This document shows, one piece after another, positions 26,005 through 34,446 of a stretch of 44,641 bases of DNA. Each line of letters begins with the position of its first letter. The first letter of the stretch is position 1. The DNA lies in the NCBI GenBank assembly GCA_003169655.1, contig PNAZ01000162.1, positions 30,818-75,458 of the forward strand, given 5' to 3'. A program made the translations under genes and the position numbers. The notes beneath the pieces are model-generated. The model worked only from the letters and a program-made list of their open reading frames with translations. It did no database searches and had not been told where the DNA came from. Origin of the DNA: Chloroflexota bacterium. GTDB taxonomy: Bacteria > Chloroflexota > Limnocylindria > Limnocylindrales > CSP1-4.

Positions 26005-27207
26005 TTACGGACCCACCGGGCTCAATCGACGATCAGGCGTGGTCCCGGCGCCGCTTCGGGCCACGTCGACCCAGCGCCCAGTGCGCGAGCTCTCGAGGAC
26101 GGCGTCGCCGACGAGCATCTCCTCGTGCCCATCGGCGAAGTTGGCGTATGGGCGCGTGGAGGTTGGGGCTCCCGCGATGACGTCGGCGTAGATCGCCCTG
26201 AACGCGGCGCCGAACGTGTCGGCAAAGCCCTCGACGTGCCCGCCCGGCAGCCGGGCGGCAGTCCGCCCAGCTGCGTTCATCAGCGCCGGGTTGCGCAGCA
26301 GCAGTTCGTTGGGTTGGTCGCGGTGACCGATCCAGAGCTGCTCGGGTTGTTCGGAGTCCCAGGCCGCCGCCGCGGCGGCGCCGTCGATCTGGTAGGTGAG
26401 GCTGTTCTTCCTGCCCGGGCTCAACTGCGAGATCGCGCAGCTGCCGCGGGCGCCGCCTTCGAAGCGCAGGAGGATGGTCGCGACGTCCTCCGTGTCGATC
26501 TCGATGGGGACTGTCTCGGTCGCAGGCCCGGTTGCAAAGGTGAGGACAGGCCCCGTCGGCCGGTGGCGCACCGGGATGAAGGTGGTCAGGTCCGCCATGA
26601 CCGACTCGACCCGCCCGCCCGTGAGGTAGCTCATCAGGTCGAGCCAATGCGACCCGATGTCGCCGACGGCGCGTAGGGCGCCCCCCTTGTCTTTCTCCAG
26701 GCGCCAGTTCCAGTCCGTGTCGTACAGCAACCAGTCCTGAAAGTAGTGGCCCGTGACGAGGCGCACGTCGCCGAGGCCGCCCTCCGCGACGAAGCCGGCG
26801 ACGTGCTGGTTGAGTGGGTAGAAGCGGAGATTGAAGTTGACGGCGTTCACCAGCCCGCTCGCCGCAGCCAGTTCGACGAGCTCGGCCGACTCAGCCGACG
26901 TCATGGCCAGCGGCTTCTCGCAGACGATGTGGCGGCCGGCAGCGAGAATCGCCTTGGCCTGGGCATGATGCAGCGCGTTCGGCGAGGTGACGTGGACGAC
27001 CTGCACGGCGTCATCCGCGAGCAGCTCGGTGAGGCTGCGGTAGCCAACGGGCAGGCCCAGCTCCGCCGCCCGCACGGCACTCCCCTCCGGCGAGGACTGC
27101 AACAGGCCGGCGACCCGGACACCGATCCGGCGGAGGGCTTCGACATGGACCTCGCCGATGAATCCCGAGCCAATGACGGCGGCACCGATATCAGCGCGTC
27201 CCGTCAT
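26005..27207 (-). CDS. Gfo/Idh/MocA-family NAD(P)-dependent oxidoreductase
   Basis: N-terminal Rossmann AVIGSGFIGEVH and the CEKPLA motif. Confidence 0.88.
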   Translation of the reverse strand: MTGRADIGAAVIGSGFIGEVHVEALRRIGVRVAGLLQSSPEGSAVRAAELGLPVGYRSLTELLADDAVQVVHVTSPNALHHAQAKAILAAGRHIVCEKPLAMTSAESAELVELAAASGLVNAVNFNLRFYPLNQHVAGFVAEGGLGDVRLVTGHYFQDWLLYDTDWNWRLEKDKGGALRAVGDIGSHWLDLMSYLTGGRVESVMADLTTFIPVRHRPTGPVLTFATGPATETVPIEIDTEDVATILLRFEGGARGSCAISQLSPGRKNSLTYQIDGAAAAAAWDSEQPEQLWIGHRDQPNELLLRNPALMNAAGRTAARLPGGHVEGFADTFGAAFRAIYADVIAGAPTSTRPYANFADGHEEMLVGDAVLESSRTGRWVDVARSGAGTTPDRRLSPVGP

Positions 27208-27209
27208 GA

Positions 27210-28082
27210 TCAGTGTTGATCCGGCGGAACTGCGCCGGTGAACTTGTCCCAGAGCGACGCCGCGTTCAGGGTCTGGATGTGGGCCATCATGTAGCCTTGG
27301 CCGATATCAACGGGATATCGATCGGCGAAGTTGACCCGCTCGATCGTCTCCTCGCGCGACCAGCCCTTGGCCACGGCCGCGGCCACCGCCGCCTTCCACT
27401 CCAGGAGGTTCGCGCGCTGGGTGTCGAGGTACGCCGGCGTTGTCACCGGCCCGTGACCCGGGATGACATGGTCCACGTCCAGGGCGCGGATGCGGTCGAG
27501 CGACGCGATCCATTGGTCGACGTTCGAGGTCATCAGCCAGGTCTGGCATTCGCAGAAGACGGTGTCACCGGTGAACACGACCCGCTCCTCGGGAACGTGG
27601 ACCGCGATCTGGCCCGGGGTGTGCCCCGGGGTGTGGAGCAGCCGGAATGTCTTGTCGCCGACGCGCAGGGTGAGGTCGCCGCTGAAGACGATCGTGCCCT
27701 TGTTGGGATTGGCGTAGTACTCGGCGCGGTCGGGATAGATCGCCGCACCGGCCGGGTCATCGGTTGGGATCGCCTCCTTGGCGTACTCGTACGGGTCGAG
27801 GTCGGGCGTCACGACCATGAAGTTGTCGTACACGCCCTGGTGCTCGACGACCGCGCCGGCCCCCTTGAAGTAGTAGTTGCCAAAGATGTGATCGACATGG
27901 TGCTCGGTGTTGATCAGGTAGCGGATCGGGCCATGCGACTCGGCTTCCTTGCGCATCGCGACGGCCCTCGTCGGGAGCTGGGGCGTGTCGATGACGACGA
28001 CACCATCGGACGTCACCACGTAACTCGGATTACAGCCGCGCAGCTTCGTATCCGTGTGGACGCATGGCGTCACTTGCTCCAT
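27210..28082 (-). CDS. Metallo-beta-lactamase-fold hydrolase
   Basis: HxHxDH motif (TEHHVDH) and HTPGHTPG. ATG 28082 has AAGGAG 9 nt upstream. The track start, 28100, lacks an SD. Confidence 0.82.
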   Translation of the reverse strand: MEQVTPCVHTDTKLRGCNPSYVVTSDGVVVIDTPQLPTRAVAMRKEAESHGPIRYLINTEHHVDHIFGNYYFKGAGAVVEHQGVYDNFMVVTPDLDPYEYAKEAIPTDDPAGAAIYPDRAEYYANPNKGTIVFSGDLTLRVGDKTFRLLHTPGHTPGQIAVHVPEERVVFTGDTVFCECQTWLMTSNVDQWIASLDRIRALDVDHVIPGHGPVTTPAYLDTQRANLLEWKAAVAAAVAKGWSREETIERVNFADRYPVDIGQGYMMAHIQTLNAASLWDKFTGAVPPDQH

Positions 28083-28118
28083 GGGTTGTCGCTCCTTCAT
28101 GTTCCGAGCTGCGTGTGG

Positions 28119-28904
28119 CTACTGGGTCGCGGTCAAGCCGCCGTCGATCATCAGGACCTGGCCGGTCACGAACGATCCGGCGGCGGAGCAGAAAAGCAGG
28201 GTTGGGCCGATCAGGTCGTCGGTAACGCCGACCCGCCCGAGCGGGATCCGGCTGACGAGGCTCGCCTTGAACGCGGGATCGCCGAGCATGGTCGCCACTT
28301 GCGGGGTGTCGACGAAGGTTGGTGAGATGGCGTTGACGGTGATCCCGTACTTCGCCCATTCGGTCGCCCACTGGCGAGTGAGCGAGCTGATCGCACCCTT
28401 CGCGGCAACGTAGGCCGAGTAGCCGGCGTTGATCCCGAGCTGGGCCCGCACGGACGAGATGTTGACCACGCGCCCGCCCTGCCCGCCGGCGATCATCGTC
28501 TTCACTGCTGCCTGCGTGGCGTACAGCGTGCTCCGTAGGTTGAGCTCAAAGATCCAGTCCCAGGCATCGGCCGGATACTCTTCGGCGGCGAACAGGACCT
28601 TGCCCGCGCCGCCGCCGGCCGCGTTGATGATAATGTCCAGGCGGCCGAACCGATCGACGGTCTGGGCGACCATCCTGTCCGCCCCTTCCCGATCAGTGGC
28701 GTCGGCCACGATCGGCAGGCCCTGTGAGCCCGCTGCGTCGATCTTCGCGACCGCAGCGTCAAGCGGCGCGGCGGTCCGGCCCGCCACCGCAACGCGCGCC
28801 CCGGCGCCTGCGAGCGCGACGCCCAGCGCCGATCCGATCGCGCCGCCACCACCGACCACGAGTGCCACGCGCCCATCGAGACTGAAGATGGAGAGCTGCG
28901 TCAT
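28119..28904 (-). CDS. Short-chain dehydrogenase/reductase (SDR)
   Basis: ATG 28904 (MTQLSIFSLDGRVALVVGGGGAIGSA...). Catalytic YxxxK (YVAAK). The 721-aa track ORF is a spurious extension antisense to the GNAT and DHDPS-like genes. Confidence 0.9.
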   Translation of the reverse strand: MTQLSIFSLDGRVALVVGGGGAIGSALGVALAGAGARVAVAGRTAAPLDAAVAKIDAAGSQGLPIVADATDREGADRMVAQTVDRFGRLDIIINAAGGGAGKVLFAAEEYPADAWDWIFELNLRSTLYATQAAVKTMIAGGQGGRVVNISSVRAQLGINAGYSAYVAAKGAISSLTRQWATEWAKYGITVNAISPTFVDTPQVATMLGDPAFKASLVSRIPLGRVGVTDDLIGPTLLFCSAAGSFVTGQVLMIDGGLTATQ

Positions 28905-28937
28905 GCGTCTTCGGTGGCTCCGCCATCTGGGCTGATC

Positions 28938-28949
28938 ATCGATTATCGA
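28938..28949. promoter_or_regulatory. Second copy of ATCGATTATCGA in the divergent SDR-operon / small-membrane-protein promoter region
   Basis: Exact 12-nt match to 8014-8025. Lies ~34 nt upstream of the SDR ATG (28904), and the minus strand reads TCGATAATCGAT with a GATAAT -10-like hexamer. Confidence 0.45.
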
Positions 28950-29045
28950 GGATACGCTCGCCGTCCCCGGTTGGTCAAGCCAGCCGCCCGATGCGCCACG
29001 ATCGTTGTGAGTAACCTGCACTCCCGAGCTGGAAGGACAACGTGG

Positions 29046-29246
29046 ATGACGCACCAGAGCGAAAGCGGCAGGAACCTGAATGAGCGCAAGGAGCATGACC
29101 GCAAGGCCCGCTTCTACGAGTCGACGACGGGCAATCCGTATCACCTCTCGAGCGTCGGGCGGGTGGTCGTGGCGATCGTGATCGTGGTCGTGCTGATCGC
29201 GCTGACCTGGTTTTTCATCGGCGGCTGGCAGACCGGGGTCCGATGA
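29046..29246 (+). CDS. Small single-pass membrane protein (66 aa)
   Basis: ATG 29046 has GGAAGGA upstream. Polar N-terminus, then one hydrophobic helix VVVAIVIVVVLIALTWFFIGGW. The stop overlaps the GNAT start as ATGA. Confidence 0.45.
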   Translation: MTHQSESGRNLNERKEHDRKARFYESTTGNPYHLSSVGRVVVAIVIVVVLIALTWFFIGGWQTGVR

Positions 29247-29683
29247 CGATCGTGGTCCGGGCGATCCGGCCGGGCGAAGGTCCGGCGATCGTGGCTGCCG
29301 GCGGCCTGTTCGATTCGGCGCCCGACCTGGCCACTGCCGATCGCTTCCTCGCGACGCCCGGCCATCACCTGCTGATCGCCTATGAAGGCGAGACGCCAGC
29401 GGGTTTCGTGAGCGGTGTCGAGCTGAGCCATCCCGACAAGGGCACCGAGATGTTCCTGTACGAGCTCGCGGTCGACGAGGCATTCCGGCGGCGCGGGATC
29501 GGCAAGGCGCTCGTCGACGAGCTGCTCGGGATCGCCCGCGCCCATGGCTGCTACGACCTGTGGGTCCTGACCGACCACGACAACGACGCGGCCCTGGCCA
29601 CCTACCGCTCGACCGGCACGACCGAGGAGTCGACCCACCTGATGCTGACCTGGGACCTGCCAGCCGCCGAGGCCCAGCCGTGA
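29243..29683 (+). CDS. GNAT-family N-acetyltransferase
   Basis: 146 aa with acetyl-CoA motif LAVDEAFRRRGIGKALV. Confidence 0.8.
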   Translation: MTIVVRAIRPGEGPAIVAAGGLFDSAPDLATADRFLATPGHHLLIAYEGETPAGFVSGVELSHPDKGTEMFLYELAVDEAFRRRGIGKALVDELLGIARAHGCYDLWVLTDHDNDAALATYRSTGTTEESTHLMLTWDLPAAEAQP

Positions 29684-30582
29684 GGTTGCGCGGGACCTGG
29701 TACATCGTGCCGACCCCGTTCGACGTGAACGGCGGTCTCGACCTGCCCAGCCTGGGGCGGCTCGTCGATGCGGCGGTCGCCTGGGGCGTCGATGGCCTGA
29801 CGGTGATGGGCGTGATGGCCGAGCCGGGCGCGCTGAGCGCGGACGAGCGCACAGCGGCCCTACGGACGCTCTTCGATGCCTCGGCCGGGCGCCTGCCCAT
29901 CGCCGTCGGTTGCTCGGGCGGCGCGCTCGCGGCGACCCTCGAGCTGATCGCGCAGGCGCGTGAGCTGGGCGCCGTCGCGGTGATGATCGCCGCTCCGCCG
30001 CTCTTCCGGAACGTCGACCAGCTGCCGGAGTACTTCCTCCAGGCGGCCTCTGGGGGCCTGCCGCTGGTCATCCAGGACGAGCCGAACGCGACGGGCGTCG
30101 TGATCCCGGTGAGCATCCTGCTGGCCGCCGCGGCGGCGAGCGGCAGCAGGACGATGAAGATCGAGGACCCGCCCACGCCGGCCAAGATCGGCCGGCTCCT
30201 GGCGGGCAACGCCGAGCTCGACATCTTCGGCGGGCTCGGTGGCGTGTCGGCCCTGGGCGAGCTGCGTCGGGGCGCCTGCGGCACGATGACGGGCTTCGCC
30301 TACCCCGAGATCCTGCGCGCCATCCGTGAGCGGGTCGAGGCCGGCAAAGTGCGCGAGGCCGGGCTGCTCTTCGACCGCTACCTGCCGCTGATCCAGTTCG
30401 AGGCGCAGCAGGTCGTGGGCCTCGGAATCCGCAAGGAGGTCCTCCGTCGGCGCCGCGTCTTCACAACCAACCGCACGCGCAGCCTGTCACCGACCCTGGA
30501 TGCGAACACGCTCGAGGAGCTCGACGACCTGCTCGATCGACTCGGGATCGTGCCTGGTCCGCAACCACTCAGTCCGGCCTGA
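29680..30582 (+). CDS. Dihydrodipicolinate-synthase/NAL-family (class I aldolase-like) protein, divergent
   Basis: GTG 29680 overlaps the GNAT stop as GTGA. VPTPF...GLD, GLTVMGVMAEPGALSADER and MKIED (Schiff-base Lys position) follow the DHDPS family pattern. Confidence 0.8.
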   Translation: MRLRGTWYIVPTPFDVNGGLDLPSLGRLVDAAVAWGVDGLTVMGVMAEPGALSADERTAALRTLFDASAGRLPIAVGCSGGALAATLELIAQARELGAVAVMIAAPPLFRNVDQLPEYFLQAASGGLPLVIQDEPNATGVVIPVSILLAAAAASGSRTMKIEDPPTPAKIGRLLAGNAELDIFGGLGGVSALGELRRGACGTMTGFAYPEILRAIRERVEAGKVREAGLLFDRYLPLIQFEAQQVVGLGIRKEVLRRRRVFTTNRTRSLSPTLDANTLEELDDLLDRLGIVPGPQPLSPA

Positions 30583-30662
30583 CGGTCAATCTCGCATCAC
30601 GGCGCCTTGGCCGGGGCCCCAGAATAGGCGCGCCCACGCCCTGAGCATCTGGAGGGATCCAT

Positions 30663-31151
30663 TTGAGCCCACTCGCGACGATCTTCCTGTTCCTGCACGT
30701 GATGGGGGCGATCGCTGCCTTCGGGCCCTCGTTCGTCCTGCCGATCATCGCCAGCCAGGCGCGCAAGATGCCATCCGGCGCCCTCTTCGGCCTGAAGCTG
30801 ACCGATGTGGTCGAGCGCCGGCTGATCATTCCTCTGGGCCTCTTCCAGGCGCTGACCGGGATCGGCCTGATCTGGACAGTGGGCTTCGACCTGACCGCCA
30901 CGCACTGGCTGTCGGCCGGGATCATCCTGTACGTGATCGCGATCGTCTTCGCGATCCTCGTCCAGGCGCGAACGATCGAATCGATGATCCACCTGGTCGA
31001 ATCCGCGCCACCCCGGGCCCCGGGCACCCCGCCCGGCCCACCGCCGCCCGCCTTCGTTGCCCTCGCCGGTCGAGCTCAGAACGGCGGCATCTTCCTGTCG
31101 GTGCTGCTGGTCCTGATCGTGTACTTCATGACGATCAAGCCGCAGTTCTAG
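30663..31151 (+). CDS. Integral membrane protein (about 4 TM helices), possibly DUF2269-like
   Basis: TTG start with GGAGGGA 5 nt upstream. Hydrophobic segments alternate with short loops. The family assignment is from memory only. Confidence 0.65.
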   Translation: MSPLATIFLFLHVMGAIAAFGPSFVLPIIASQARKMPSGALFGLKLTDVVERRLIIPLGLFQALTGIGLIWTVGFDLTATHWLSAGIILYVIAIVFAILVQARTIESMIHLVESAPPRAPGTPPGPPPPAFVALAGRAQNGGIFLSVLLVLIVYFMTIKPQF

Positions 31152-31200
31152 GCTGGAGGATCGCGGATCGGCCCGAACATGTGGGTCGGTAAACGGCAGG

Positions 31201-31296
31201 AAACGGTCGGCTGAACGCCGCGCCACCGGCTCGGGGTCATCAACGGGTCGCGGCGCTGGCCGCGGCGTTCAACGGGTCGCGGCGCTGAACCGCGCC
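31201..31296. repeat. Tandem direct repeats in a convergent intergenic region
   Basis: TCAACGGGTCGCGGCGCTG occurs exactly at 31240-31258 and 31269-31287 (period 29). A degenerate third copy lies at 31201-31224. Short GC hairpins are embedded (CGCGGC-GCTG-GCCGCG). Confidence 0.55.
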
Positions 31297-31320
31297 GGGG
31301 CGACGGGCTCATGGGCCGGG

Positions 31321-32400
31321 CTACTCCCCGGCCTCTGACGCCGTGGCCCAGATGTCGGTCAGGGTGTAGCCCGTCGGGAACGGGTCGTCGGGCGCCACCA
31401 CGTACCGGGCGAAGCCGGTGATCCAGCCCCGGCCGCTGATCGTGGGCACGACCGCCGGGTATTCGCCGACCTTCGTCTCGGCCAAGAGCCGGCCGGTGAA
31501 CGTCGTCCCCAGGATCCCCTCGTGGACGAACGGCTGGTCGAGCCCCAGCCGGCCGCGGGCATGCTCGCAGGCCATCTTGGCGCTCGTCCCGGTGCCACAC
31601 GGCGAGCGGTCGATCGCGCCGGTCCAGCTCCCGGGCCGGTCCCAGGAGGCCTGGCCCGTCGACACGATCACCGCGTTGCGGCGGGACGAGCCGGGGGCAT
31701 GGGCCGGCCCCGAGATCTGGGCGATCGTCACGCCGCTGGTCAGGTCCGGGTTTTCGGGGTGGCGCACCGGCAGCTGCTCCTGGGTCGCGAGCTTGACCAT
31801 CTCGCCGATCCGGACAATGTCACCCGCCTCGTCGGGCGTGATCCGGAGGCCGAACCGCTCGGCATCGGCGATCACATAGAACATCCCGCCCCAGGCCACG
31901 TCGACGGTGACCGAGCCGAGCTGGGGCACCTCGACGACGGCATCGAGGTGGACCGCGAACGCCGGCACGTTGCGGAACGTGACCGACATCACCCGGCCGT
32001 CGCGGACCTCGGCCTGGACCTCGATCAGGCCGGCCGGCGACTCGAGCCGGAGGGTGGTGATCGGCTCGACGGCGGGGACCATCCCCGTCTCGATCAGGAC
32101 CGTGACCACGCAGATCGTGTTCGAGCCGGATATGGCCGGGTACTCGACCTGCTCCATGATCACGTAGCCGGCGTCGACGCCGGGCATCGTCGAGGGCAGG
32201 ATCAGGTTGCAGTTGGCCGCCGGGTAACCCCGCGGCTCGCGCAGCATCAGCTTGCGCAGGTCATCGGCGTGGTCCCGGAGGTGGGCCATCTTGTCGAGCA
32301 TCGTGGCGCCCGGGACATCGAGCACGCCACCGGTGATCACCCGGCCCGGCTCGCCGGCCGCGTGGGCGTCGACGGCCGTGATCATCCGGTCGAAGCGCAT
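31321..32400 (-). CDS. Proline racemase / 4-hydroxyproline epimerase / hydroxyproline dehydratase family protein
   Basis: MRFDRMITAVDAHAAGEPGRVI N-terminus and DRSPCGTGTSAKMA second catalytic motif. The first catalytic position reads SGSNT, Ser instead of Cys. Confidence 0.88.
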   Translation of the reverse strand: MRFDRMITAVDAHAAGEPGRVITGGVLDVPGATMLDKMAHLRDHADDLRKLMLREPRGYPAANCNLILPSTMPGVDAGYVIMEQVEYPAISGSNTICVVTVLIETGMVPAVEPITTLRLESPAGLIEVQAEVRDGRVMSVTFRNVPAFAVHLDAVVEVPQLGSVTVDVAWGGMFYVIADAERFGLRITPDEAGDIVRIGEMVKLATQEQLPVRHPENPDLTSGVTIAQISGPAHAPGSSRRNAVIVSTGQASWDRPGSWTGAIDRSPCGTGTSAKMACEHARGRLGLDQPFVHEGILGTTFTGRLLAETKVGEYPAVVPTISGRGWITGFARYVVAPDDPFPTGYTLTDIWATASEAGE

Positions 32401-32432
32401 CTCCGCTTGCCTGGGCCGGCCGCGCGCCCGGC

Positions 32433-32822
32433 CTAGGGCTTGCGCTCGAGGATCGGGCGGGCCTTGTCAGGGTCGTCGACCACAAAGGTGAACATCGCCC
32501 GATCGCCCCAGCGGCCCAGGAAGAGGTGGCCGATGATGTTGACCCCGGCGTCGGCGAGCTCGCGCGACACGCCGGCCATCCCGCCCGGCCGGTCGCCGAC
32601 CTCGGCCAGGATCGACTCACCCTCAATGAACGTGTAGTTGCCGGCCTGCAGGACCGCCCGGGCGGTGTCGTCGTCGGCGGTCGTCATGATCACGTGACCG
32701 GTCTCGCCCATGCTGCCGCCGCCGATCGCCCGCAGGTCCACCCCGCGCTCGGCCAGCGCCTCCGACAAGGTCGCGAGCGCACCGGGTTGATTGGGGAGCT
32801 GGACGACGAACTGACGGGCCAT
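32433..32822 (-). CDS. ACT-domain protein
   Basis: ATG 32822 with GGAGG SD. Two repeats of the ACT-like pattern: VQLPNQPGALATLSEALAERGVDL and VGDRPGGMAGVSRELADAGVNI. Confidence 0.7.
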   Translation of the reverse strand: MARQFVVQLPNQPGALATLSEALAERGVDLRAIGGGSMGETGHVIMTTADDDTARAVLQAGNYTFIEGESILAEVGDRPGGMAGVSRELADAGVNIIGHLFLGRWGDRAMFTFVVDDPDKARPILERKP

Positions 32823-32907
32823 GAGCACCTCCGCGGATCTGGGTCGGCCGATTCTGACACGGCGGCCGGTCCTGCGGAGCCCCGCTCGGCCGGACCCGAT
32901 CGGGCGA

Positions 32908-34446
32908 TCAGGATCGCGGCGCCGGGGGCCGCCTGGTCGGGGTCCGCGGCGCCGCTGCCAGGGCGATCGCCCGGCGATCGGCGTCGAGGTAGGCCGTCGT
33001 CGGCCCTGAGGCCCAGTCGTGATCGACCGCCATGCCCCGCTCGATGACCCCATTCCAGGCAGCCGGCCGGGCCCGCGTCTCGAATGCCTGCTCGCACGCC
33101 CAGGCTAGGTCGTCGGGCGTCGGATGCTCGAACACGAAGCCGGTGCCCGTGCCGGGGTGGAGGTACTCGTCGACGACGGTGTCGGCCAGGCCGCCCGTCC
33201 GGTGGACGATCGGCGGCGTGCCATAGCGCAGGGCGATCATCTGGCCCTGACCGCACGGCTCGAAGCGGCTGGGCATCACGAACAGGTCGCAGCCGGCGTA
33301 GATCCGGCGAGCCATCGCCCGGTCAAAGCGCTCGTTCAGGACGATCCGATCAGGGCGTCGACCGGCGAGGGCCCGGAACGGCTCGGCGAGCGTCGGGTCG
33401 CCACTGCCCTGGACGATGAGCCGGGCGCCGGACGACAGCAGGCGGGGCGCGGCTTCAGCCAGGAGGTCGAAGCCCTTCTGCGGGTCGAGCCGGCCGATCA
33501 TGCCCAGGACCGGGCCGTCGTCGCCGGGGTCGAAGCCCACCCGATCGAGGAGGTCGGACCGGCAGGCCGCCTTACCGCCCCGATCCGCAGCCGAGTACGA
33601 AACCACCAGGTCGGCGTCGGTCGATGGGTCCCAGACCGCCGGGTCGATCCCGTTCAGGATCCCGAAGAAGCGCGGCCGGCCGGCGAGGTCGAGCTGCGCT
33701 GCCTTCCAGCGCAGGGTTGAATCGAGCCCGAACCCGACGGCCGGCGTCAACGCCTCGGCGGCAAAGGTCGGGCTGACCGTGTTCACCAGGTCGGCCCGCT
33801 CGATCCCGGCCCACAGCAGGTCGATCCCGGTCGCCGTCGAGGCGACGACGCGATCGCCGAGGTCCAGCCCGAGGGTGGCGAGATCGGCCCGCTCGACCCA
33901 GCCGTGGTAGGCAAGGTTGTGGATCGTCAGCAGCGAAGCGAGCCGGGCCCGGCCGACGATCGGATCATCGGGATAGAAGCGATCGCGCAGGACGAGAGTC
34001 GTCGAAGCGTGCCAGTCATGGATGTGGAGCAGGTCGATCGGACGGCGTTCGGCCCGGAGCGTCTCGAGGACCGCCCGGGCGAGGAGACCGAATCGCCATG
34101 GGTCGTCGGGGTAGCCGTAGATCCCGTCGCGATCGAAGGCCGGCGCGAAATCGACCAGGCGCAGGCGATAGCCGTGGGTCACGACGGACCGGATCGTGAC
34201 CGTCGCGGCGCCCTCGGCCTCGGCGGGGGGCGGCGGCCCGTATGGGCCGGGCACGCTCACCAGCGCCTCGGAGATGACGGCGTCGCCCGGCAGGACGACC
34301 GAGCGGTAGGCCGGCAGGAAGACATCGACCGGCTCGTCAAGGGCATCGGTCCGGCCCAGGCCGCGAGCGAGCGCATCGACCACGTCACCGAGTCCGCCGG
34401 CCTTCGCCCAGGGCTCGCACTCGGCGGCAACGGACACGATTCGCAT
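32908..34446 (-). CDS. glgA: Glycogen (starch) synthase
   Basis: ATG 34446 (MRIVSVAAECEPWAKAGGLGDVV...). Carries the KxGGL motif, a C-terminal PSRFEPCGQ, and has GT5 length. The 1079-aa track ORF is an extension antisense to glgP. Confidence 0.9.
   Translation of the reverse strand: MRIVSVAAECEPWAKAGGLGDVVDALARGLGRTDALDEPVDVFLPAYRSVVLPGDAVISEALVSVPGPYGPPPPAEAEGAATVTIRSVVTHGYRLRLVDFAPAFDRDGIYGYPDDPWRFGLLARAVLETLRAERRPIDLLHIHDWHASTTLVLRDRFYPDDPIVGRARLASLLTIHNLAYHGWVERADLATLGLDLGDRVVASTATGIDLLWAGIERADLVNTVSPTFAAEALTPAVGFGLDSTLRWKAAQLDLAGRPRFFGILNGIDPAVWDPSTDADLVVSYSAADRGGKAACRSDLLDRVGFDPGDDGPVLGMIGRLDPQKGFDLLAEAAPRLLSSGARLIVQGSGDPTLAEPFRALAGRRPDRIVLNERFDRAMARRIYAGCDLFVMPSRFEPCGQGQMIALRYGTPPIVHRTGGLADTVVDEYLHPGTGTGFVFEHPTPDDLAWACEQAFETRARPAAWNGVIERGMAVDHDWASGPTTAYLDADRRAIALAAAPRTPTRRPPAPRS

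Noticed and set aside
24665-26191. 508-aa plus-strand ORF
   Set aside because: It is antisense to the deoC, TIM-barrel and oxidoreductase genes. It spans three real genes, which a true gene would not.
28905-30284. N-terminal 460 aa of the 721-aa minus-strand ORF
   Set aside because: It is antisense to the GNAT and DHDPS-like genes. The sequence is Arg/Pro/Ser/Gly-rich. The SDR begins at ATG 28904.
31148-31600. 150-aa minus-strand ORF covering the tandem-repeat intergenic region
   Set aside because: Its 5' part is out of frame within the proline-racemase-family gene. The rest crosses the 29-nt-period repeats, so the period is not codon-compatible. The composition is Arg/Pro/Gly noise.
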